Positions 24,059 through 32,083 of a stretch of 57,082 nucleotides of DNA are shown in pieces. Origin of the DNA: Candidatus Latescibacterota bacterium (GTDB lineage: Bacteria; Latescibacterota; UBA2968); NCBI GenBank assembly GCA_003526745.1, contig DPVD01000106.1:3664-60745 (forward strand), written 5' to 3'. Every line of letters starts with the position of its first letter. Position 1 is the first letter of the stretch. The notes beneath the pieces are model-generated. The model had not been told where the DNA came from. It saw only the letters and a program-made list of their open reading frames with translations, and did not search any database. Made by a program: the position numbers and the translations under genes.

Positions 24059-27000
24059 CTACTTCAGCAACATCAGCTTCTTGACGTCTGAGTAGTCGCC
24101 AGCAGCGATCTGGTAAAAGTAGATCCCACTGGAGACCGACACACCCCGATCGTCCGTGCCGTTCCACCGGACCGTGTAGCGACCGGCGTTCTGCTGCTCG
24201 GCAACAAGCGTCCTTACAACCTGGCCAACCACGTTGTAAATCCGCAGCGACACGTTCTTACCATCGGCGAGATTGTACTTAATCGTCGTCTCCGGGTTGA
24301 ACGGGTTCGGGAAGTTCTGCAACAGAGCGAACTCTGTTGGTGTGCTCTCAACGTTCAGGTTTCCAAGGGCCACCACGAAGTTCGTGAGCTTCGAGCCGTC
24401 AAAGACGACACCCTCAGCGATCTCGAACCGTGCGTTGTCCTCGAACTCCGTGAGAACGCGGAACGTCAATGAAACCACATCACCTGTACCGGTAACGGGC
24501 GAACCGTCGACGATAGCGTTAGCGATGCTGAGTTCACCCGGTGCATCCTCATTCATCAGGAATACCGGTGTCTCGGCGCCATCAGCCTTGAGGAGATCCT
24601 CTTCGGCCGGTGTCGCGTTGACGAACTCAAACTTGTCTGTGTCATACGTCAGGCCAAAACCGAATCCTTGGAGCGATGCAGCGTTGTCGACCGAAACGTT
24701 CAGCGTAACCGTCTGACCAACAAGCACCTTGTTGCTCTCCAGATTCAGCGAAAGCTCGACGTTGTCGTTCACACCAGGCTGCAGCGTGCGCGGGATAACC
24801 TTCGTGCTACCTGCAGGCTGTCCGTTGACGGTTGCTGCGACCGAGTTGAAGGAACCAGCGAAGTTCAGGAAGTCAGTGAAGTCCACCGCTCCGTCATCAT
24901 TGGTGTCGGCGTTCGCGATGTAGCCCGGACCGTCAATCACCGTATTGAAAGCGCCCGCGAATGCAATGAAATCACCGAAGTCGACTGTCAACGGCGTACC
25001 GTCGTTCTGGTCGATCAGGTAGATTGCGTTGCCACTGGCGTCGAGCGCAACAACACGTGCCGCAACCGAAACGCTGACTGTCGGCGCCGAAGTGGCGTTG
25101 TCCAGATCAGCTGCATCAACGCGGTAGATAACGTTCGTCAGTGAACCAATGTCTTCAGTGAAGCTCGTCACACCACCGTCAACGCTTCCGACCAGCTCAA
25201 GGCTCGCTTCGTCAGCACCGCGGAGGATATCGTAACGATCGACACCATCGATCGGCATGGAATAGCCCTTATACGATGAGTAGGCTACAACCTTGTCGTC
25301 GACCGAAGCTGTCCACGAAAGTGTGACCACGCTGCCGTCGTTGGCACTCGCGAGCTCCGTGATAGCAGCAGGCGGAATGTTATCGACAGCCTTGACCGCT
25401 GTTTCGATCGCCGTACGGCTAGAGACCGAAACCTTCTCGGCCTGCGTGCGGATGTTCGTCGGAACCGTTGAGGCACCACCGAGCATCGCAGTCAGGTCGG
25501 GATCGATGGCCACGAAGCGGAAGCCCGTGTCACCGATGATCGACTTCACATAGTCATCACCAGGGGTGAAGACCTGCTCGAGCTCTGTCATCGACAGGAC
25601 ACGATTCGGATCCACACCCAAGAACTTCACCATATTCTGGACGATCTGCTTCGTAAAGACGCGCTTTGTGGATGCGCGCTCGGAGGAAGATCCTCCGGAC
25701 TCAGAAGCAACTGCCCATTTCGTCGCGACGTTATCGAGCGTCGGTACGACTGCACGCTGGACATCGTCTGCGGCGATGTTATCGATGACCGTCCAAGACA
25801 CCCAAGCATTCGCGGGTGTCTCGAGGGCAACGAGTTTACCGTCTGCATCGAGGCCTGTAGAGACGCTGACCTCGCGGAAGATCCGGTAACGATCTGCACT
25901 AGCTGCCTTCGGGAAGGCTACGCTAACGAAACCACCGTGGTCACCTTTACCATCCGCTCCCTTCCAATCCTGAACGAGCAGGCTTGCCGGGGCTGCGAGA
26001 GTGGCTGGGGGCGCGGCTACACCTTCAGGTGCGAAGGCAAGCGTGACACTACCAGATGCCAGTGCGTGATCCTTGGTTGCGTCGCCACCGATGCCCAGTG
26101 TGTCGGAATCGGAATTAACCGTCCTTACCGAAATCACCAGATCGCTTCCTGACGCGCTTGCTCCACCAATGGTAAAGGTGGAACCGCCCGCCGCGACGGA
26201 CTGCGGACCCTGCGGAAGTGCAACGTCACCGCGGTTGGACGAGAACTCTGCAAGAATTTCTACAATGCTCTCATCTTTGCCGACCTTAGCATCCGTCAAG
26301 GATGTTGAGTCAGCGCGCGTTGGGGCCGCCTGCATAAACACCTTGGCTGACGGATTACCAAACTCATCAGCGGGCGTTACTGAGACTTTGAAACCACCCG
26401 ATACGCCCGTTGCCGTATCGCCACCATCTGCATCAGCGACCACCGCAACGTTGTATGCAGAGAAGTTAGAAGAATTGACCGAAAGTGAATCGATCATTCC
26501 ACTAAAGTTCACGTCGGTGCCGGTCTTGTCTTCCACGTGGGCATTGAATGCTGTCAAAGCCTTCTGTGAGGTTATGTTGACCGAACGCGCACCAAGTGTC
26601 CAACCATCAGCAGACAATGTTGCCGTTCCATCCTTGTTGTCTGTAACACCAGTACCAGAGAACACCACGGTGCTCAGATCATTGGCGCCATTGGAGATAC
26701 GAATCGTGGCGGCTGTTTGGTGTGTAACAGCAGCACGGTTCGATCCTGCTGAGTTCGTCAATGCTGTGTCGATACCTGTGATGTCAAGAATCAGAGCTTG
26801 TCCAGCGATAACAGTGTCATCGCTACCGTTAGCCTTTACGACGAAAGAGTCGGCTACCGGGTTCTTGAAATCGGCATCAAACGTCAGCGTATCAGCTGCA
26901 GTCGCATTGTGGTTACCCGCTAAATCTCTCATGAGGAACTGAAGCGAGTATTCACTATTGGACTTGAGCGTATCGACGAAGATTACCTTGATCTCAGAAG

Positions 27001-28594
27001 TCGTGTTCGCAAGATCGGCAGTACCTGGTGCCATCTTGTGCTTTATCTGAGTCGCGGTTCCAGCTGTTACCGTTGTATATGTTACCGCCATCGAGTCCGT
27101 GACTTCAAGAAGCTGCAAAATCGGCATCATTGTGTCACGGTTAACCGTTGGCTTGTTCGCATTGGCAGCATCCGTTGGTGCAGAGCTGCTGGTCGGGAAC
27201 AATGAACCAGACTTGATACCAGGAGCAGTCTTGTCATATGTCACGGATGCCTGGCTGCTCTTCGTCTCGTTACCGACACTGTCCTTAAACGCGATTTCCA
27301 GCGTTCCAGACTTACCACCTTGAGCCGCGTTGCCCGCGCCGAAATCGACCGCGAAGTTCGATGACAGGCTGCTGCTCTTAATTTTAGTGGCAATTCCTGT
27401 CAGTGTACGCGTCGAGTCGCCGAACTTGGCGGTTGCCGAGTTCGCACCCTCGCTGGCCGCGAATTTAAGCGGCTGGGCAGCGAACGTTGTGGTTGTAAGA
27501 GTTCCCGACGCGGCCACTATCTTAAGCGAGGTGTCCACCACCGCTGTGAAGTGGGTACTGTCCGTTGCGCCTGACTTCGGGAAGTGAGGCGTTATTGTCG
27601 GAGCAGTTAGGTCGAGGACGTGCATGTCGACGTCCGTCACGCCAACAGGCGTTACGTCTGAGGCGTTTGTCGAACTGAGGTTGCCTGCGGCATCCTTTAG
27701 GAAGCCGACAGCCACGATTCGACGATTGTCACCCTTAACGTCTCCCGCGCTCAGCGTTACGGATGAATCGGTTGCTGATCCAGAGACCAGATCGCTGAAG
27801 GAGAAATTGACCGTCTTCATTGCACTGTCAGGCAGCGCGTCGGCGTTGGCCGTGTCAGCCAAGTGCACGATTCCTGAGGAACCGCCCGGAACGTTCGACA
27901 CAAAGAAAGACACCTTGACCTTCGATCCAACCTTGTAGGCTTTCTTCGGGTTGTCGGATTCGTTCAAACCGTCGCTGCCGGTTCCACCGCCGTCATTCGG
28001 GAAATTACCGATACCCGTCGTATCCAAGCGCACACTGTCGATGTTAGCCGCCGGACGCTGTGCATCGATACCGATTTTTACTCCGTCACCAACATTCCCG
28101 AACGAGGTCGAACCGGTAATGGTTGCTTCTGTGTTCAGGTTTGTCAGGTGCGAAAATGCCGCGCTCCCCGTCGTGCTGACGAGCGCGCTCAGGCTCAGAG
28201 TCTTCGCGGAACTCTCGACTGTCTGGCCTGCTGTGACCTTGAATGTTGCCGTAAAGGTCTTGAATCCAGTTGCGTCCGCAGCGGACGCATTGGCCGCATT
28301 GAACCTATGGACAAAGTCGTCAGCAGAGTCATTGGTCAGGGAGCCGATCGCATCAGAGATCGTCGAACTGGAAGTGTCTTCGACAATCGCCACGACCACA
28401 CTGTCCAAAGCTGCGGTACCTGGAAGATATTGAACTTTAACAACCACCGAATCGCCGATCCCCGACCAAGCATCATTGGCAGGATGGGTAACGCGGAGGC
28501 GAACGCCCTGCGGTGTCGCTGCATCTGCAACGCCGACCATACCGGCGAACAGGAGCAGAACAATGCACAGGCAACTAATTTTCTTGAGGCTCAT
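24059..28594 (-). CDS. giant secreted surface protein: Ig/FN3-like repeats, dockerin-like EF-hand pair, cohesin-like module, T9SS/FlgD-Ig C-terminal domain
   Basis: ORF 24059..28624; start ATG 28594 (AGGAGA upstream), signal peptide MSLKKISCLCIVLLLFAGMVGVADA. About 1200 aa of S/T/A/G/V-rich beta-type sequence. Dockerin-like TVDFGDFIAFAGAFN...DTNDDGAVDFTDFLNFAGSFN (about 24848-24997). Cohesin-like LVGQTVTLNVSVDNAASLQGFGFGLTYDTDKFEFV...GDVVSLTFRV (about 24332-24760). C-terminal domain FPNPFNPETTIKYNL...SGIYFYQIAAGDYSDVKKLMLLK. Confidence 0.88.
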   Translation of the reverse strand: MSLKKISCLCIVLLLFAGMVGVADAATPQGVRLRVTHPANDAWSGIGDSVVVKVQYLPGTAALDSVVVAIVEDTSSSTISDAIGSLTNDSADDFVHRFNAANASAADATGFKTFTATFKVTAGQTVESSAKTLSLSALVSTTGSAAFSHLTNLNTEATITGSTSFGNVGDGVKIGIDAQRPAANIDSVRLDTTGIGNFPNDGGGTGSDGLNESDNPKKAYKVGSKVKVSFFVSNVPGGSSGIVHLADTANADALPDSAMKTVNFSFSDLVSGSATDSSVTLSAGDVKGDNRRIVAVGFLKDAAGNLSSTNASDVTPVGVTDVDMHVLDLTAPTITPHFPKSGATDSTHFTAVVDTSLKIVAASGTLTTTTFAAQPLKFAASEGANSATAKFGDSTRTLTGIATKIKSSSLSSNFAVDFGAGNAAQGGKSGTLEIAFKDSVGNETKSSQASVTYDKTAPGIKSGSLFPTSSSAPTDAANANKPTVNRDTMMPILQLLEVTDSMAVTYTTVTAGTATQIKHKMAPGTADLANTTSEIKVIFVDTLKSNSEYSLQFLMRDLAGNHNATAADTLTFDADFKNPVADSFVVKANGSDDTVIAGQALILDITGIDTALTNSAGSNRAAVTHQTAATIRISNGANDLSTVVFSGTGVTDNKDGTATLSADGWTLGARSVNITSQKALTAFNAHVEDKTGTDVNFSGMIDSLSVNSSNFSAYNVAVVADADGGDTATGVSGGFKVSVTPADEFGNPSAKVFMQAAPTRADSTSLTDAKVGKDESIVEILAEFSSNRGDVALPQGPQSVAAGGSTFTIGGASASGSDLVISVRTVNSDSDTLGIGGDATKDHALASGSVTLAFAPEGVAAPPATLAAPASLLVQDWKGADGKGDHGGFVSVAFPKAASADRYRIFREVSVSTGLDADGKLVALETPANAWVSWTVIDNIAADDVQRAVVPTLDNVATKWAVASESGGSSSERASTKRVFTKQIVQNMVKFLGVDPNRVLSMTELEQVFTPGDDYVKSIIGDTGFRFVAIDPDLTAMLGGASTVPTNIRTQAEKVSVSSRTAIETAVKAVDNIPPAAITELASANDGSVVTLSWTASVDDKVVAYSSYKGYSMPIDGVDRYDILRGADEASLELVGSVDGGVTSFTEDIGSLTNVIYRVDAADLDNATSAPTVSVSVAARVVALDASGNAIYLIDQNDGTPLTVDFGDFIAFAGAFNTVIDGPGYIANADTNDDGAVDFTDFLNFAGSFNSVAATVNGQPAGSTKVIPRTLQPGVNDNVELSLNLESNKVLVGQTVTLNVSVDNAASLQGFGFGLTYDTDKFEFVNATPAEEDLLKADGAETPVFLMNEDAPGELSIANAIVDGSPVTGTGDVVSLTFRVLTEFEDNARFEIAEGVVFDGSKLTNFVVALGNLNVESTPTEFALLQNFPNPFNPETTIKYNLADGKNVSLRIYNVVGQVVRTLVAEQQNAGRYTVRWNGTDDRGVSVSSGIYFYQIAAGDYSDVKKLMLLK

Positions 28595-29089
28595 TACATC
28601 TTCTCCTAAGAAAAACAGACTCAAAGGCAGATGGATGAATCATTCTGTGTTTTCATCTACAAAAAATCTTCTTGCCTTCGGAAATTAACTTCTCGTTTCC
28701 CCGAACTTCCAGCCCAAGTCAGAGATTTCTGGGGTGATGGGCGGAATGAAAAACGAGCTGCGGCACTTAGCCTATATGGATCCCTCCCTTCCTTGCGTCT
28801 GAATTTTTCGCTGCATTGACTCTAATTTATGTTTTGCTTTTCAAGATGGGCCCAGCCCTTTATTTCGACCAGAACCAGGCTGTTGTGCACCTAAAATAGG
28901 AAAACACAAAGATGCGGCCACCCCCCAGGGGGCCCGCAACTTCATTAAAAACAACTACTTAGATTTCAGTTACGTGCTTTTCACCCTAAAGCAACGGCCT
29001 TATTATACAGATACAAAAATGGGCTGTCAAGCGTTTTCTCGGTGATTAAAATGCACCAAAAGCCTCAGAAAATACGGCACTTTCGTGCA

Positions 29090-29731
29090 CTATTCGGTGT
29101 CAATTCGACCCAGTTCGTCTCTGATCTTCGCGGCCTCCTCATACTCCTCTTTTGAGACCGCGTCCTTAAGTCTTTCCCTCAAAGTTACGACACGAGTATC
29201 GACGTCTTCAAACGTAACTTTGTCAATCTCCGAACTGGATGATGGTTGACCGAGGGATTCTATCTCCTCCTCCCAAATCATCGGAGAATCTTCACTCTCA
29301 ACCTCTAAACCAGCCTCTTGAAGCACGCTGTCAGCGGCGTAAATCGGGGCCTTTGTCCTTAGAGCTATGGCTATAGCATCACTGGGTCGGGAATCGATCG
29401 TGAACACGCCCTTCTCACCCCGGACTACTATCTCCGCGTAGAATGTGTCATCCTTTAGATCACTGATCAGGATCTGATCAACTGCGGCTTGCATTTCGCT
29501 GAGCACCATACGAACTAAATCGTAGCAGATCGGTCGAGGTGGCGGCTCGTCATATAGCTCCATATATATAGCGGTCGCCTCGAAGTTTCCGATCGAAATC
29601 GGAAGGAAGACCTTCTGATCCTTATCCTTTAGCCAAACCAGCGGTTTGTTGCTGTTGGGCTCTGGTGCAACCCCTACTACTTCCATCTCAACCATGCTCG
29701 GTGCCTCGCAGAACTCATTGATTAAACTCAT
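29090..29731 (-). CDS. bifunctional nuclease (BFN/DUF151) family protein with C-terminal UVR motif
   Basis: ORF 29090..29794; start at M22 (29731) or M34 (29695). VEMEVVGVAPEPNSNKPLVWLKD...FLPISIGNFEATAIY...DSRPSDAIAIALR is the BFN domain; the C-terminus has EEYEEAAKIRDEL (UvrB/C-type motif). Confidence 0.8.
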   Translation of the reverse strand: MSLINEFCEAPSMVEMEVVGVAPEPNSNKPLVWLKDKDQKVFLPISIGNFEATAIYMELYDEPPPRPICYDLVRMVLSEMQAAVDQILISDLKDDTFYAEIVVRGEKGVFTIDSRPSDAIAIALRTKAPIYAADSVLQEAGLEVESEDSPMIWEEEIESLGQPSSSSEIDKVTFEDVDTRVVTLRERLKDAVSKEEYEEAAKIRDELGRIDTE

Positions 29732-29887
29732 CTTGACACAGCCTGACGAGTAACCGGAAATATAAACCGGTCCGAACTGGGCCCGCAAGTCCAAAGACGG
29801 TGCCTTGCGGGGGCTGGCTCACCGGGGTATTTTGGCTCTGACGCCGGCCAGGAATAGGCCAGACCGACGATAACCACCAACCTCGAG

Positions 29888-30826
29888 ATGCAAAGTGCAA
29901 CCATGATTCATTCACTCGTAATCTTGTTTTGTCTCTATCTGCCTTTGGGCGCATCGCCTCTTCTCCTGAACTACACAGGCAGCATCGCGGGAACGGATAC
30001 TAGCGCAACTGTCATTTTCAGCATATGCCCGGATGCAAACTACTCAGAAGCATTGTGGACCGAGACCCACTCTGTCACAATAGCAGGTAACCGGTTCAGC
30101 GTCCTACTCGGAAGCATCACGCCACTGCCTTCTGATCTGTTCCGAGCAGACACACGATACCTGTCTGTTAGCGTTGACGGCACGGTCCTCAGTCCACGCC
30201 AGCAGATTGTCAGTGTGGCTTACGCCATCGAGGCGGCCAATGCCAGAAATGTTGACAGGCACGATATCACACCTTTAAGTGTCACCTTGGCCAACGGATC
30301 CGCCACGTGGGATTCCACCGGCCAAGTGACAACACCGATCGTCAGAACCGATAGCCTTGTGGCCGGCAACACACCCATCGTGGACAGCCAGGGTAACTGG
30401 ATCGGCCCGACCCAGTCAGGCAGTGATGGCCTGACCCTTCGCACATTCACCACCACCACGGTTGACGAGGAAGAGGTCTTCTTCTTCCGTTCGAAATGGC
30501 TACCCTTCCCCCAGTTCGACACATTTGTCGAGGTCGAAAATGACGGCATGCTCGACATCTCCTTTGTCGGTCAGATACAATGCAACAATTCGTTTAACAC
30601 GAGGATTAACCTAAAGCAGGTATCTCCCTCAAACCAGTTCCTCGGACAATTTGGCAACACTTCTGGCGGCGAAGGGACAACCGGGACACACGGTTCGGCG
30701 GTCAAGAATCAAGCAATCATAGGTGTTACGGCAGGTACATACAGGGTCTTCATCGAGCACCAAAGCATTTCAACTATCGAGGGCACCTTGAAGAGCGGAA
30801 GCCTCATTGTCCGCCATTACGACTAA
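29888..30826 (+). CDS. hypothetical secreted protein
   Basis: 312 aa with an N-terminal hydrophobic signal (MIHSLVILFCLYLPLGA). The segment ALWTETHSVTIAGNRFSVLLGSITPLPSDLFRADTRYLSVSVDGTVLSPRQQIVSVAYAIEA resembles a module I have seen at the N-termini of many uncharacterised surface proteins. No family name can be assigned. Confidence 0.55.
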   Translation: MQSATMIHSLVILFCLYLPLGASPLLLNYTGSIAGTDTSATVIFSICPDANYSEALWTETHSVTIAGNRFSVLLGSITPLPSDLFRADTRYLSVSVDGTVLSPRQQIVSVAYAIEAANARNVDRHDITPLSVTLANGSATWDSTGQVTTPIVRTDSLVAGNTPIVDSQGNWIGPTQSGSDGLTLRTFTTTTVDEEEVFFFRSKWLPFPQFDTFVEVENDGMLDISFVGQIQCNNSFNTRINLKQVSPSNQFLGQFGNTSGGEGTTGTHGSAVKNQAIIGVTAGTYRVFIEHQSISTIEGTLKSGSLIVRHYD

Positions 30827-30848
30827 CTCCTGAATTTAAGGCATTGTG

Positions 30849-31820
30849 ATGAACACACCGTGCTGTTCTGCTAGCCGTTCACCAAACCAGAGGCCTGGCG
30901 GGAACAAGGGCAGTGGGCTGAAGCGGTCGAAGAGCCGAAAGAGTAAGAGAGCCAGAAAACAATCCCTCGCCGACTCGATACTGATCGGTGCCACAACGTT
31001 CGCCATGGGAACGGATGACGATAAAGGGTTCCCCGAGGATGGCGAGGGACCTATCCGTGAAATAACAGTCGATGCGTTCAGAATCGACACAACAGCCGTG
31101 ACGAACGCGCAGTTCTCGCGGTTCGTGAAGGACACTGGCTACAAGACCGAGGCTGAGGGATTCGGCTGGTCCTTCGTGTTCCACAGCTTTGTTGACGAGA
31201 AGACTGCGTCGTCCGTGGAGCAGACCGTCGAGATCACACCCTGGTGGTGGCCCGTAGACGGGGCACACTGGGCAAGTCCTGAGGGACCGAACAGCTCTCT
31301 GGCAGGTCGATGGGATCATCCAGTTGCGCACGTCTCGTGGAACGACGCAACCGCCTACTGCGATTGGGCGACCAAGCGTCTTCCGTCAGAGGCCGAGTGG
31401 GAATGCGCCGCTCGTGGAGGAATTCAGGGCGCGCGATACCCTTGGGGTGACGACCTGACCCCTGAAGGAGGTCACCTCTGTAACATCTGGCAGGGCGCCT
31501 TCCCGGATGAGAATACCCAAGAGGATGGGTTTGCCGGAACAGCCCCGGTCAAATCCTACCCGCCCAACGGTTACGGGCTTTACAATGTGTCGGGCAACGT
31601 CTGGGAGTGGTGTCAGGATTGGTTTTCACCGAGCTACCATCTCGAGGGCTCGACAGACAACCCACAGGGGCCTGACCATGGAGACGCGCGATCTATGCGC
31701 GGCGGATCGTATCTTTGTCACGAGTCCTACTGCAATCGGTACCGTATAGCCGCACGTAGCGCGAACACCCCGGACAGCTCCACCGGCAACTTGGGATTCA
31801 GATGTGCACAGGATGCGTGA
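30849..31820 (+). CDS. formylglycine-generating enzyme (FGE/SUMF1 family)
   Basis: ORF from GTG 30846, ATG at 30849. FAMGTDDDKGFPEDGEGPIREITVDAFRIDTTAVTNAQF and the C-terminal RGGSYLCHESYCNRYRIAARSANTPDSSTGNLGFRC closely parallel human SUMF1, including the catalytic Cys pair. Confidence 0.9.
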   Translation: MNTPCCSASRSPNQRPGGNKGSGLKRSKSRKSKRARKQSLADSILIGATTFAMGTDDDKGFPEDGEGPIREITVDAFRIDTTAVTNAQFSRFVKDTGYKTEAEGFGWSFVFHSFVDEKTASSVEQTVEITPWWWPVDGAHWASPEGPNSSLAGRWDHPVAHVSWNDATAYCDWATKRLPSEAEWECAARGGIQGARYPWGDDLTPEGGHLCNIWQGAFPDENTQEDGFAGTAPVKSYPPNGYGLYNVSGNVWEWCQDWFSPSYHLEGSTDNPQGPDHGDARSMRGGSYLCHESYCNRYRIAARSANTPDSSTGNLGFRCAQDA

Positions 31821-32083
31821 TAGCATTCAGGAGGTTGCACGAGTAGGTCAGCGATTCTGACCGCGTGTCTGTTAAGCATTTTGGGGATTGGGGTCTGGCT
31901 CGTTCGGCCAACCCAAAACATTAAAAAAACGGTGGGATTAAACAGTCTGTAGATACAGCCCTTACACGAGGCAAAGCGACAGCGCTCTCAAGAAACCTCA
32001 CCGCTTGGGCGAAGAAAGTCGAGAAGTGGCTTCCTCACACCGAGCCGGTGTTGAAGTCGTGGTTACATCCTGCAGCACCGTCG

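Noticed and set aside
26073-26942. 289-aa plus-strand ORF, plus several smaller ones between 24273 and 28609
   Set aside because: All are antisense to the 1511-aa surface-protein gene. The low-complexity S/T/A/V sequence simply mirrors the repetitive sense strand.
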